DNA of 33,278 nucleotides from IMG/VR virus record IMGVR_UViG_3300005512_000176, positions 1-33,278 of that record. One strand, given 5' to 3'. The translations under genes and the position numbers were made by a program. Source of the DNA: a virus. Its lineage: Duplodnaviria; Caudoviricetes. The notes under the pieces are model-generated. The model had not been told where the DNA came from. It searched no databases and was given only the letters and a program-made list of their open reading frames with translations. This document shows positions 24,609 to 33,278 of this stretch, piece by piece. Position 1 is the stretch's first letter. Every line of letters starts with the position of its first letter.

Positions 24609-27600
24609 GCTGGCATGTTCTTCCTTGCGTCAATCGGAGGCGGCTGTTCTCCATTGCCGCCCCTAGCTCTTCGCACGCGATCCATCATTTTGTACAGCTC
24701 ATCTGATCCAGCATCAGAGCTTCCGTCTCCCAAGTCAGAGACAACGTCGGCTGGAACGATAAACTCTCCCGGCGAAACTGCGACGGGCTGAGAAGACCCG
24801 ATCATGCCGGATATTTTATCATCCATGCCTCCGCCATTGCCGCGAACCATTCCTTCTTTCTGGCTGTTAGGCACGACTTTCTCCAAGATCGCATCCCTAA
24901 CGCGAGAGAACACAGATGGCCCATATTTATTCAAGAACATTTGAATAATTCGGTCAGCATCTCGCGCGCCTTCCAGCAGTGCGCTGGCCAGCATGTTCAC
25001 GTCATCTATTGACGGCTTAGCGGTAAACGCCGTTTCGACATCAGCGATTCCACCCGAGGGCGTCTGGACTTCCCCCAGAGACGCGAGCTGAAGCGTAGTC
25101 ATCCCGCCATCTGCCATTTGGCGTCTTCCGCCTCTGCCCCTCGGGAGTAGCGCTCCCCCTCTCGGGATGGCTGGGGCGCCGGCTCCAGTCTGAGTGCCCT
25201 GCTGTCTTTGACGCTCCTCTTCTGCCGCAATCGCGGCGGCAATCGCCGCCTGACTTGGCATCTGAGGCGAATAGGCGGGAGTCGGCAAAGACTCAAGCCC
25301 TGCCGGTGGCGGGGGTTGAGGGAGCGATCTGGGTGGCGGCTCAGGTATGGTTGGGGCTGGCGAAAAGCCGTTCAGCACGTCCGGCGATATCGCAAAGTCC
25401 GGCGGTAACTTCGGCGGCGCCACCGGGGGTCGAGGCGGCGATGGAGGCGCGATGGTCTGCGGCATCTTCTCAATCTCCGGCTTTACGTTCGGTGGCCCAC
25501 TAGGCCCCGGACCCGGAGGCGGCGGAGGCGGTGGTGGCGGCGGTGGTGGCGGTGGCGGTGGTGGAGGAGCTACCGGGGGTTGTCCAGTCTGCACATCTGT
25601 ATCGAATGGCGTTTCAGATGCCGACTGCTCCTGCCAAGCCTCTTCCCAGTTCTCAGGAATATGTCCGGGCAGGTTTCCTTCTCCTTTAACCTTCTGAACA
25701 GGCATGCCGTTCTCGTAGGTTACACCCTCTAAAGACAGGTCATCCGCATACGGATCGCCATACACCGGCTCGCTTAACTGCGTCGATTCGTCAAGCGGAT
25801 ATGTGGGCGTGCCGGTGTTGGTTTCCATGTAGTCGTACTTGTAAACCTTGTCTCCGACGATGAAGTAGTGACTGCCGGTATAGCCATCGCCTATTCTGAT
25901 GTGATCAGATCCGGTATTCTTGTCTCCGTGTCCGTGGAGGTATCTCCCGTACACGTCAAAATCGCTTAAATAATCCGGATCAACATCCATCAGGTAAGAG
26001 TAGTTTGTTGGCATTTGCCCGCTGGAAACAAGATTTCCCCGGTACCGCTCCATAGTCTCAGGGTCCACGTTGCTCCAAACCCTATTCCTATCCTCGTCAT
26101 AGTGCATCCCCTTGCCATATGTACCGCCAGCCGTGGGAAGAATGTTTTCCAAGAAATAATCTAGGTCCATCTCCTCTCGCGCACCGACTTTATGGCCCCA
26201 AAAGTCACTGCGCCGTCCATAGATAAAATCATCTTCGCCCTGAAGGGACGCTGGAGGCGCAAAGCCTTCTGCATTGGGGTCATAGCCCGGAGGTGCGCCC
26301 GGAGGCGTGCCCGGAGGTGTGCCGGGTGGTGTTCCGGGAGGCGTGCCCGGAGGTGTACCCGGAGGTGTGCCCGGAGGTGTGCCCGGAGGTGTGCCCGGAG
26401 GTGTGCCGGGGGGTGTACCGGGGGGTGTACCGGGGGGTGTACCGGGGGGTGTACCGGGGGGTGTACCGGGGGGCGTGCCCGGAGGTGTTCCGGGGGGTGT
26501 ACCGGGGGGTGGTGGTGGAGGCGTCCCTGTTGGGTCTGGCCCAGTATCCGGCTCATTGCTTCCGCCCATCCCGTAGCTTGCAAGGGTTCGGTAGTATTCT
26601 TGTATGTTTTTTAAGTATGCGTCCCTGTCTAAAATTGGGTCAAAGTAGTTTCCAGATGATGTAACGCCTTCCCTTGTCGGCCTAAACGCGCGGGTCGGGA
26701 TGTAAGGCGCTTCGCGATTGTCTTGGAAATACTGGAACTCAGGCTCAAATCCCGCCATGTAGTCCATTGGGGCGCCAACCTTGTACTGGCCGCGAAGCCC
26801 AGCTTGCACGCTAACAGGATCTATTGCACCGAAGTTTCCAATATAGCCAAATGCGCCAGATTCTCGCGCGGCCTGTGCAAGCCTTCCCTCCTCGGGTTTA
26901 TCTGCGCCGATATCACTTAAATACTGCTGTCTGACGCGTTCCCTCCGATTGTAGTATTGCTCAAGTAGATTCTGTGCTGGGCCGTAAAGCGGCCTGCCTT
27001 TCTTGGCCGCTTTTAGCGCTTCCGCCTCTTCCGCGCTAGGTGCAAGATCAGGGTAGTCTTCTGTGGTAAACTTTTTTGCGGGCTCTGGAGGAGGTGTGCC
27101 GTCATCACCGCCGCCACTTGTTTTCCACGCTACATAGTCTGCATAGGAGGTCACTCCGGGGGGTAACTGCCCAAGCTCTTGCAGTCTTATAAACTCAGAA
27201 ATCCAAATGTAATTTACGCTGTCATATCCCGCTTCTCCGCCTCTTGCCATGCTCATGGTTGGCATCTGACCGCCAGACGCGGCGCCTAACTGCGGGACAT
27301 ATGGTCCGGGCAGGCGACTGCTCATTCTTGACCGGTAGGGACTTGGCCCCATGCCAATGTTTGGCTGAGCGGCGGCATAGGCAGACTGTAGATCACCGTA
27401 TGCCCGCATCTCGTCTTCGTAGGCATCCCGCTCAAATTGACGCTGTTGCTCCCTGCCGCGCTCCTCCATTGCCATCTGCTCGTTGATAGACTCGCCCATA
27501 AGCCCGCCAACAAGTTGGCCTTGAGTGCCAATCTTGTCCATAAAGTTGCCAACACCAGCGCCAAGCCTTTCCAACGGGCTCTGGGCAATATAGTCTGGAA

Positions 27601-28213
27601 CCCCTGTAGTGATTGGTGCTGGTAGCGCATCAACGGCGGCGATGCTTTGGTCTAGCTGGCTCGCTATTGTTGGGTCAGGCATGGGACCAAGCCCTGCCAC
27701 AGCGCTTTGGGTGGCGGCAAGGTCTGAGCCAATGCCTGCTGTGTCAATCAATCCGGGGTCTACTGCTGACAAGTCTGCTACAGCGGTGCTTGCGTCTAAG
27801 CCTGCAACTGCGGCGTCTGCGGTGTCAGCCACTGCTGTTGCTGTATCGACAGCGGTGTCTGCCCCGCCAAACAAATCGCTAATTCCGCCACCAAGCTCGG
27901 CGCCAAAGCCGGCTGTAAGACCACTAATCAACCCTCGCTTGATATCACCGGTAATCGCGGCAGTCCCAATTCCAGTCAGTGCCGCCGTCCCCAGAGTGCT
28001 TAAACCCATAGCCCCGCCAAGTGCGCCAAACAATAAAGGCAAAAATGCCTCGGGCTGTCCGGTAACAGGATTAATCGTGAGACTGCCCGTAGGGGACAAT
28101 GACGCGATCCCTGCGACCTCTATTGGATTCATGTGCACCAACATAGAGTCGCCGTAGCGACCATACTGCGCCATCTGGTCCATCATTGGCTTGGCTGGAT
28201 ATTGATTCATCAT
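24605..28213 (-). CDS. Proline-rich putative internal virion protein (1202 aa)
   Basis: N-terminal [11 protein letters not shown]...[12 protein letters not shown]; (TPPG)n; Pro18; C-terminal GGGMDDKI...[12 protein letters not shown] domain. Confidence 0.7.
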   Translation of the reverse strand: MMNQYPAKPMMDQMAQYGRYGDSMLVHMNPIEVAGIASLSPTGSLTINPVTGQPEAFLPLLFGALGGAMGLSTLGTAALTGIGTAAITGDIKRGLISGLTAGFGAELGGGISDLFGGADTAVDTATAVADTADAAVAGLDASTAVADLSAVDPGLIDTAGIGSDLAATQSAVAGLGPMPDPTIASQLDQSIAAVDALPAPITTGVPDYIAQSPLERLGAGVGNFMDKIGTQGQLVGGLMGESINEQMAMEERGREQQRQFERDAYEDEMRAYGDLQSAYAAAQPNIGMGPSPYRSRMSSRLPGPYVPQLGAASGGQMPTMSMARGGEAGYDSVNYIWISEFIRLQELGQLPPGVTSYADYVAWKTSGGGDDGTPPPEPAKKFTTEDYPDLAPSAEEAEALKAAKKGRPLYGPAQNLLEQYYNRRERVRQQYLSDIGADKPEEGRLAQAARESGAFGYIGNFGAIDPVSVQAGLRGQYKVGAPMDYMAGFEPEFQYFQDNREAPYIPTRAFRPTREGVTSSGNYFDPILDRDAYLKNIQEYYRTLASYGMGGSNEPDTGPDPTGTPPPPPPGTPPGTPPGTPPGTPPGTPPGTPPGTPPGTPPGTPPGTPPGTPPGTPPGTPPGTPPGTPPGTPPGTPPGAPPGYDPNAEGFAPPASLQGEDDFIYGRRSDFWGHKVGAREEMDLDYFLENILPTAGGTYGKGMHYDEDRNRVWSNVDPETMERYRGNLVSSGQMPTNYSYLMDVDPDYLSDFDVYGRYLHGHGDKNTGSDHIRIGDGYTGSHYFIVGDKVYKYDYMETNTGTPTYPLDESTQLSEPVYGDPYADDLSLEGVTYENGMPVQKVKGEGNLPGHIPENWEEAWQEQSASETPFDTDVQTGQPPVAPPPPPPPPPPPPPPPPPPGPGPSGPPNVKPEIEKMPQTIAPPSPPRPPVAPPKLPPDFAISPDVLNGFSPAPTIPEPPPRSLPQPPPPAGLESLPTPAYSPQMPSQAAIAAAIAAEEERQRQQGTQTGAGAPAIPRGGALLPRGRGGRRQMADGGMTTLQLASLGEVQTPSGGIADVETAFTAKPSIDDVNMLASALLEGARDADRIIQMFLNKYGPSVFSRVRDAILEKVVPNSQKEGMVRGNGGGMDDKISGMIGSSQPVAVSPGEFIVPADVVSDLGDGSSDAGSDELYKMMDRVRRARGGNGEQPPPIDARKNMPA
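25514..25567 (-). repeat. Run of 18 consecutive proline codons
   Basis: Mixed CCG/CCT/CCA codons. Confidence 0.9.
26285..26512 (-). repeat. 12-bp coding tandem repeat: 17 x TPPG plus flanking PPPG and APPG units
   Basis: + strand units are mainly GCCCGGAGGTGT and ACCGGGGGGTGT, arranged in blocks. Confidence 0.95.
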
Positions 28214-28542
28214 TAGCTGGTCTCTACCCCAAATAAACTAAAGCTCATACCCGTTGCACTGGCATAAACCTTGACTACATCATTTTGCCCCAAAGTCAGG
28301 CCCAGCACCGCAGATAGGGTATCTGCCGCTGATACTGACTTGTCATAGTAAATAAACTGCTTGTCATCAGCGCTGGCGTCGTTGACGTGTATGCTGACTC
28401 TGACACTGATCGCACCGCCCGTCCTGTTACACATAACAAGTGAACTGCAAGTGGTCTGCGTTAAATCCGGAACCGTGTACAGAACAGTTGTGGTTGTGGC
28501 GGCGGCATCGACCTGACCCAGAACCTTCGTGGAGTCAGCCAT
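28213..28542 (-). CDS. Small beta-rich virion protein
   Basis: MADSTKVLGQ...LYTVP...LTLGQNDVVKVYAS...FSLFGVE, in a tail-region context. Confidence 0.65.
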   Translation of the reverse strand: MADSTKVLGQVDAAATTTTVLYTVPDLTQTTCSSLVMCNRTGGAISVRVSIHVNDASADDKQFIYYDKSVSAADTLSAVLGLTLGQNDVVKVYASATGMSFSLFGVETS

Positions 28543-28729
28543 TGGACGCACCCATCAGCAAAAACTGAAATCGCCTCAGAGCTAAAGAAGACGGCTTGCT
28601 GGTCTTGTTAGTGTTGCCGTCAACCTTGGCCTCAAGGTCTTGAAATGAGTTCTCAATCGTCCTTCTTGTAATCTGCTCGTTATTCACCTCGTATTCCTGC
28701 GAGGCTACAGGCAAGGGTCTTGTCGGCAT
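28535..28729 (-). CDS. Small putative virion protein
   Basis: TAATG coupling to the upstream gene. Overlaps the next start. Confidence 0.6.
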   Translation of the reverse strand: MPTRPLPVASQEYEVNNEQITRRTIENSFQDLEAKVDGNTNKTSKPSSLALRRFQFLLMGASNG

Positions 28730-30582
28730 TATCTTCTCCCGTCTGTCCTGATGCCAAATCGCAGATCACCAAGCGACCAGCCATACCCAGATCCGGTAGA
28801 CTCAATCCTGACGATCTGCTCCCGAGCCCTTGCCCGAACATGAGATTGGCTCGTCGAGCTGGTCACTGTTGCTGTGGATAAGGTCGAAGCGGTCTCCAAG
28901 GGGAAGTTCCTGCCCTTCAGCGTTATGTCGATGCTTGCGGATGACTGGCTACCAGTAAAGGTAAAGTCGGGAATAATCCGATTCACCATCATGAATGATT
29001 CGCCGTCCCCAATACCCAAGTCCCCGGATTCAACGTAAGCCGTGATCGGAGAGCCATCCCCGTCGTAGCCAATCTCCTGAGTGTAGAGATAGTTCAAAAG
29101 AGGGCTGTCTATATCGTTTGTTGTTGCGATAGGGTACTCTTTCGTGGCGGTGGGGATGTAAGCGCCTCTATCTAGCGTGCCAACCGCCCATAAGTTTTCC
29201 AAGTAATTAAATGACACATAGTTAGTCGTCTCGGTGTTTCCTTCGCCAACAGGATAGAACCACGTTACTTCTGAATAGTCAGCATTAGTGGTGGCGAATA
29301 CTTTGTAAATCTGATCCTTATTCAGGTTGTCAAAAACGTACCTATGCACCGAGCATGGCAGTCTTTGAACCGCACCCCTGTAGACATAGAAGCCGCCGGG
29401 GTCCATAAAATACAGCGAGTCAGCCGCCACCACCCCGGCTCGCGGCGATGCAAATCTTGTATTCTCAGCAACCGGAGCAAACGAGAATATGAACGGGGCG
29501 CCAACAAAGCGCATAGACACTAGGCCGAGGTCCGTGCTGATAATAATCTCTTGCCTAGTCTTAATCGCCCCAACAATCTGAGTCCCGACAGAAAGCACCT
29601 GCCCCCCAGCGCTGTTGGTCGCTGTCGGAGTCCAATCTGCCGCGTTTTCCTGATCCGACCAGCGGACCAGTAATGGATCGAGAGTCCCGCTTCCGATCCC
29701 GTTTGCGCCAAAGCAAATCACATGGCGGTCAATATCAGAAACCATGACCTGAAGAGAGGCGGTCGGCGTGTTGCTCGCGCCCGCCAAGGCGCTAAGCGCA
29801 ACCGCCCTCGCACCCGTTCCGGTGGACTTATCCCAGTAATAGACTCCACCCGCTCTGGGGTTGAAAATCAAATCATCACCAAACGCATCCTGACTGTATA
29901 GCCTGAGCTGATTGGAGGCGCTTATGGACGACGCGGATCCCCAAGCGCCACTGCTCCATGCGCCCACGCCCCAGCCCGTTGACCGGACATAGGAATTTAG
30001 CCCCGTGTTGATTTGATACTCCGCAGTTACCGCTCCGCCGCCGTTACCGGTATCGCTTGCATTTGCCGTCACCACGCTCCCGCCAGTGTCCAATGCGGTG
30101 ATGGTGTAGGTGTCTGCGGTTAGAACGGCGTCAATCTGGTATTCTTGATTTAGCACGTCGGCAGTGATATTGCCGCCCAAGCTGACAGCGCCAGAAAACG
30201 TCACAAAGTCGTTTGTTTCCGCTCCGTGGGACGTGTCAGTAATAGTGACTGTGGATGAGCCATTGACAGCGGCAAAGGTCGCGGTATTTGTCGTGGTTGC
30301 GCGAATCGGCGTGATATCGCTCGCCGCTCCGCCAGTCTCCACATAAAATTTCAAGTTGGTGCCAATCCCCAAGAAAACCTGACCATCTTGAGAGCCCCAG
30401 TCCATCAGGGATCGACACACGCCCTTTATCGCCGCCGCGATGTATTTTTCCCAGCCCCCGATCTTTTCGACGCGGCCCTTACGAAACCTGATCTTGTCGG
30501 AATCAAACCAGCCAGAGTCCGCTGTGTACTGAGTGCCTTCCTTATCAATGCCGGGGTTAAATGCAATCTTAGACAGCGCCAC
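28729..30582 (-). CDS. Tail nozzle/head-closure protein (P22 gp10 / T7 gp12-like beta-propeller)
   Basis: 617 aa. RHVICFG...LVRWSDQEN...W and EVTWFYP repeats, ending DGRR. RBS GAGGT before the GTG. Confidence 0.7.
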   Translation of the reverse strand: MALSKIAFNPGIDKEGTQYTADSGWFDSDKIRFRKGRVEKIGGWEKYIAAAIKGVCRSLMDWGSQDGQVFLGIGTNLKFYVETGGAASDITPIRATTTNTATFAAVNGSSTVTITDTSHGAETNDFVTFSGAVSLGGNITADVLNQEYQIDAVLTADTYTITALDTGGSVVTANASDTGNGGGAVTAEYQINTGLNSYVRSTGWGVGAWSSGAWGSASSISASNQLRLYSQDAFGDDLIFNPRAGGVYYWDKSTGTGARAVALSALAGASNTPTASLQVMVSDIDRHVICFGANGIGSGTLDPLLVRWSDQENAADWTPTATNSAGGQVLSVGTQIVGAIKTRQEIIISTDLGLVSMRFVGAPFIFSFAPVAENTRFASPRAGVVAADSLYFMDPGGFYVYRGAVQRLPCSVHRYVFDNLNKDQIYKVFATTNADYSEVTWFYPVGEGNTETTNYVSFNYLENLWAVGTLDRGAYIPTATKEYPIATTNDIDSPLLNYLYTQEIGYDGDGSPITAYVESGDLGIGDGESFMMVNRIIPDFTFTGSQSSASIDITLKGRNFPLETASTLSTATVTSSTSQSHVRARAREQIVRIESTGSGYGWSLGDLRFGIRTDGRR

Positions 30583-30594
30583 GATTACACCTCG

Positions 30595-30948
30595 CTAATA
30601 AGACCAAATAGTTGGGTATGGGCGCTCATAGTCCCAATCCAAATGTATAAAGCGTCCCTCGCCACGCTGGTTCACTCCGATCCGTGGGCACCCGTGCGCT
30701 ATAGCGACCTCAATTAACTTGTAGGCGTCACCTCTGCTAACTCCAATATCAACCGCCTTTCCAGTGCAGTGCGCCCCCGGCTGTTGCTTCTTGGCCTCTA
30801 TCGGATGGTCTACACAACGGTATCCGCTGGTTACAGGCATAGGCCCAAATTCCCGTCGAATTGCGTTAAGTATTTTGAGGACGCCCTCATCAAACTTGCA
30901 CTTGCCGCAATGCTGGCAAGCCAACTCTTCTTCAGAGAAATAACTCAT
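30595..30948 (-). CDS. Endolysin, peptidase M15 family
   Basis: FSEEELACQHCG...TSGYRC...AHCTGKAVD...RIGV...FIHLD. Confidence 0.9.
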   Translation of the reverse strand: MSYFSEEELACQHCGKCKFDEGVLKILNAIRREFGPMPVTSGYRCVDHPIEAKKQQPGAHCTGKAVDIGVSRGDAYKLIEVAIAHGCPRIGVNQRGEGRFIHLDWDYERPYPTIWSY

Positions 30949-31343
30949 TTTTCTCTCTGCACCCCTTTGGACTTTTCGTATGTACGCATTGCGCCAAGCC
31001 CGAGCATTCCCATGAGGACAGGCATCATGGTTTGAAGATCAACTAGCGGCACTTCAATATCAGATCCATTAAGGCGAAGAATAAGATTACCGACAGGAGC
31101 AACGAGAAAGTTGCAAGCCATCCCCATAACGCAAACCCAGCCAACAGCCGGTCTCCAACCTGCGACAAAAAGGCTCTTATGCGCGGCCTCCGTTTGATTA
31201 ACCGCCAGTTGCGCCTTGGAGATTTCGTGAGCGTGTCGCTCAGACATGGTGGCGATTTCATGGGCAAGCCTATTTCGCTCATCGGCGTCAGGTATGAACT
31301 TATCCAACAACGCGGATACAGGGCCAACTAGCAGATCAATCAT
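30945..31343 (-). CDS. Holin, GTA/3TM type
   Basis: LLDKFIPD...EAAHKSLFVAGWRPAVGWVC...LMGMLGLGAMRTYEK. Confidence 0.85.
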   Translation of the reverse strand: MIDLLVGPVSALLDKFIPDADERNRLAHEIATMSERHAHEISKAQLAVNQTEAAHKSLFVAGWRPAVGWVCVMGMACNFLVAPVGNLILRLNGSDIEVPLVDLQTMMPVLMGMLGLGAMRTYEKSKGVQREK

Positions 31344-31425
31344 GAGGCCACTGCCATTCTGGGTCGTTACTTGTGACTACTGTGCAGGAGGTGAGCAACA
31401 GTAAGCTAAAAAATATCGCCTTCAC
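31336..31425 (-). CDS. 29-aa lipoprotein, not in the ORF track (MKAIFFSLLLLTSCTVVTSNDPEWQWPHD); candidate o-spanin
   Basis: GTGA overlap with the upstream stop. Lipobox LTSC. The stop overlaps the holin start. Confidence 0.6.
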   Translation of the reverse strand: MKAIFFSLLLLTSCTVVTSNDPEWQWPHD

Positions 31426-31652
31426 TTATCTGCCTTGCGATCTAGCTTTTCTTCAATCGCATCCAGCTTGTCAAATAGCCTTTGCATATCAGACTTCCAT
31501 TCTTCCCGCTTGAGGTATTCCCCAGCGACAGAGACTTCTAGCTTGCCAACCTGCTCATCTAAATGCTTCACGGCATCCCACATCCCTTTTAGCAGTAAGG
31601 CATACGCCCCTGCGGCAATGGAAATAATCGTATTGATTAACGCCTGATCCAT
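31422..31652 (-). CDS. N-terminal transmembrane plus coiled-coil protein in the lysis region
   Basis: MDQALINTIISIAAGAYALLL followed by heptads. TAATG coupling. Confidence 0.65.
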   Translation of the reverse strand: MDQALINTIISIAAGAYALLLKGMWDAVKHLDEQVGKLEVSVAGEYLKREEWKSDMQRLFDKLDAIEEKLDRKADK

Positions 31653-31831
31653 TATCTCCATACCTCATGCCACGCTTGTTTAACGGCTTTCTTCGCCTTT
31701 TTGTACCGTATTTTGATATCTACTCGAACGGTATAGAGAAAACCATCAACACGGGTAATAGCAGTGCGGATATCACTCCTAACACCAGCAATGACTCGAT
31801 TAACTTCATCTTTGAATGATTCACGATCCAT
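31652..31831 (-). CDS. Small basic hypothetical protein
   Basis: MDRESFKDEV start overlapping the upstream stop. Stop coupled to the next ATG. Confidence 0.5.
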   Translation of the reverse strand: MDRESFKDEVNRVIAGVRSDIRTAITRVDGFLYTVRVDIKIRYKKAKKAVKQAWHEVWR

Positions 31832-32267
31832 CCCAAGGCTTCCCATCATTACAGCGATCCCGCCATTCAAGCTCTTCAAATGTCGCCCTACCTGTCGGCT
31901 CATACCAATCGCAGATATTATATGCGCCGTCTTTATTGGTATCGCAGGTTTTTTGCCAAGTAATCATGTCCCAAGTTAAGCCCTCAGACCAAGGGATGTA
32001 ACTTTCGCACCACTCATGGCTACCAACAGAACCCACGGCCCCAGTTTCTACCGGCACATAATCACGCTTAGTGGTCGGCAGGATTTGCGTCAGCTTCACA
32101 TCGCCTTTGCTGTACGTCTGCATTTGATAGAGCTTAGAGTAATTGCTGACGTAGACCTTTTCATTTTCATCCAAGGTGTACTGCAACCCGTCATCAAACA
32201 GAATTACTGTCTGCGCTGATGCCAGCATTGTTGCGCCAGCCGCAACACTCGCTATCCACTGCTTCAT
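31821..32267 (-). CDS. Secreted/periplasmic protein with signal peptide
   Basis: MKQWIASVAAGATMLASA|Q signal, four Cys, DTNKDG Ca-binding-like loop. Confidence 0.65.
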   Translation of the reverse strand: MKQWIASVAAGATMLASAQTVILFDDGLQYTLDENEKVYVSNYSKLYQMQTYSKGDVKLTQILPTTKRDYVPVETGAVGSVGSHEWCESYIPWSEGLTWDMITWQKTCDTNKDGAYNICDWYEPTGRATFEELEWRDRCNDGKPWDGS

Positions 32268-32734
32268 ACTGCCCCCTGTATGATTGATACAGTCCCGAAA
32301 ATAATTGCACCGCAGATTAGCGCGGCTATAACTATGAGCGTTGTATCCATAATTAATCTCTGCTTCCTGCGTTGCTTGTAAATTACCTTCTCCCGCCTTG
32401 CCTTGATCTCCCTGCGGAGCGCAATCATCTCTTGATACGTCTCTGTGCCGTAAGCCCAGACGATCAACTCCCTGATCTGCTTTTCCTGCTCCTCCAGCTT
32501 TTTCTTGGCTATTACACTGTTAAGTGCCTGTTGCTCTACTGTCTCGCCTTCAAATAGCTTTTTAAATAAAGGCGGGTTTTCTGCTTCTTTTTCAGCCTGC
32601 CTAATATCTGAGGCAAAGGAATACCACGCACCCAGTTTTTGAGCTACAGACTCAATCTCTGCCCCTCTTTCTACTAATGTCTGGATGCCCTTGAACGTAG
32701 TCGAGGCCATCGCTATAAGGGACAGCGGGTCCAT
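32264..32734 (-). CDS. Helical protein with C-terminal transmembrane segment
   Basis: MDPLSL start by TGATG coupling. Hydrophobic C-terminus. Confidence 0.7.
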   Translation of the reverse strand: MDPLSLIAMASTTFKGIQTLVERGAEIESVAQKLGAWYSFASDIRQAEKEAENPPLFKKLFEGETVEQQALNSVIAKKKLEEQEKQIRELIVWAYGTETYQEMIALRREIKARREKVIYKQRRKQRLIMDTTLIVIAALICGAIIFGTVSIIQGAV

Positions 32735-32883
32735 CAATCATCGCTTTCTTCTGGCTCGACCTGACTTTCAGCCTGCTCCTTGATCTTAACAATCAGGGGC
32801 CATGCGCCGGTCTTAGTAGGCAGATCGCCCAATACGCCAAGGATTGCGTTTACTTCCTCTACACTCAACTCTAGGTTAATCAC
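32734..32883 (-). CDS. 49-aa small protein, not in the ORF track (MINLELSVEEVNAILGVLGDLPTKTGAWPLIVKIKEQAESQVEPEESDD)
   Basis: GTGA overlap upstream, TGATG overlap downstream, RBS GGGAG. Confidence 0.7.
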   Translation of the reverse strand: MINLELSVEEVNAILGVLGDLPTKTGAWPLIVKIKEQAESQVEPEESDD

Positions 32884-33188
32884 CAAGATACTCCCGTTCC
32901 GCTTGTAGGATTAGCTTGCTCTGCAATCTGTGCATCAATAGCCGCCTCTGTAGCCGCTACCTGCTCGTCACCCAAGGCCGCCTTAGCCCAACCCACGGCA
33001 GTTTCTTCGGTAATGTCAGCCCACTCTACAAACGACTCTCCGGGTGGCTCAAGGCCAACAGTGCCGTATGAAGAACCAGAGTGATCTCCGTCGGTCTTAG
33101 ATACACGCCAGTGTACGGTGTTGACTACGTTGGTGTGTCCGTCTTGTGACACGGCGTAGTCCATTGCTGATACAGTCCAGTTAAACAT
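32880..33188 (-). CDS. Tail-fibre-associated small protein
   Basis: FNWTV...VVNTVHWR...FVEWADITEETAVGW motif. RBS AGGAG. Lies directly after the tail fibre. Confidence 0.7.
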   Translation of the reverse strand: MFNWTVSAMDYAVSQDGHTNVVNTVHWRVSKTDGDHSGSSYGTVGLEPPGESFVEWADITEETAVGWAKAALGDEQVAATEAAIDAQIAEQANPTSGTGVSW

Positions 33189-33191
33189 AGT

Positions 33192-33278
33192 TTATGCTCC
33201 TTCCAGTTGTGCGACTCGTGCGCGTAGGTCTTGAATTTCTTTTACCAGCAAAGGAATTAACTTTTGAGTTTTAATTCC
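33192..33278 (-). CDS. C-terminus of a tail fibre/spike with a peptidase S74-like chaperone coil (5'-truncated)
   Basis: GIKTQKLIPLLVKEIQDLRARVAQLEGA*. Confidence 0.75.
   Translation of the reverse strand, partial: GIKTQKLIPLLVKEIQDLRARVAQLEGA

Noticed and set aside
12891-25697. Numerous short antisense or out-of-frame ORFs inside the large virion genes
   Set aside because: Expected shadows of long GC-rich coding sequence, with no independent initiation signals.
26285-26512. Collagen-like domain
   Set aside because: Gly occurs every fourth residue, not every third.
26161-26664. Alternative-frame repeat ORFs (VPGG elastin-like, VYRG, CTGG, HPPV)
   Set aside because: These are stop-free shadows of the 12-bp repeat. 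Variation is synonymous for TPPG within the 1202-aa ORF, and the shadows have no RBS or operon context.
1-33278. tRNA/rRNA genes, integrase/att sites, stop-codon recoding
   Set aside because: No cloverleaf or rRNA seen in the few intergenic gaps, and no integrase. Genes tile densely under the standard code, and all three stop codons are used.

Overview
This is a 33-kb internal fragment of a dsDNA tailed bacteriophage, probably a podovirus infecting a Gram-negative host. Both ends cut genes. It has four transcription blocks. (1) 1-3300 (+): accessory genes, including a DUF2201-type VWA protein, a PKHD/prolyl-hydroxylase-type 2OG-Fe(II) oxygenase, DUF3310, and small Zn-finger and HTH proteins. 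(2) 3392-6717 (-): a RusA-like resolvase, a T7-gp4/Twinkle-type primase-helicase and small ORFs, with a repeat-rich candidate origin at about 5995-6140. (3) 6770-11032 (+): a recombination module (Cas4-like PD-(D/E)xK exonuclease, ERF annealing protein, SSB, DUF1364-like, NinB-like) behind a consensus sigma70 promoter. (4) 11022-33278 (-): a late operon running from a tail-fibre C-terminus through a lysis cassette, a tail/head-closure protein, three low-complexity internal virion proteins and a GNAT-like gene to a 2663-aa polyvalent protein and an HTH-metallophosphoesterase. I saw no integrase, DNA polymerase, capsid, terminase, tRNA or CRISPR array. Highlights: (a) the polyvalent protein with two ADP-ribosyltransferase-like and two metallopeptidase-like modules; (b) a possible virion-protein modification system (P4H-like enzyme with (TPPG)17/Pro18 substrates, a GNAT next to an MSKGGG protein, and shared MAxGG motifs); (c) a hidden 29-aa lipoprotein in the lysis cassette; (d) a CTAG-rich iteron-like locus with an antisense terminator; (e) a perfect 22-bp palindrome carrying a Ter-like core. 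All family assignments come from motif recognition by eye, not from database searches.
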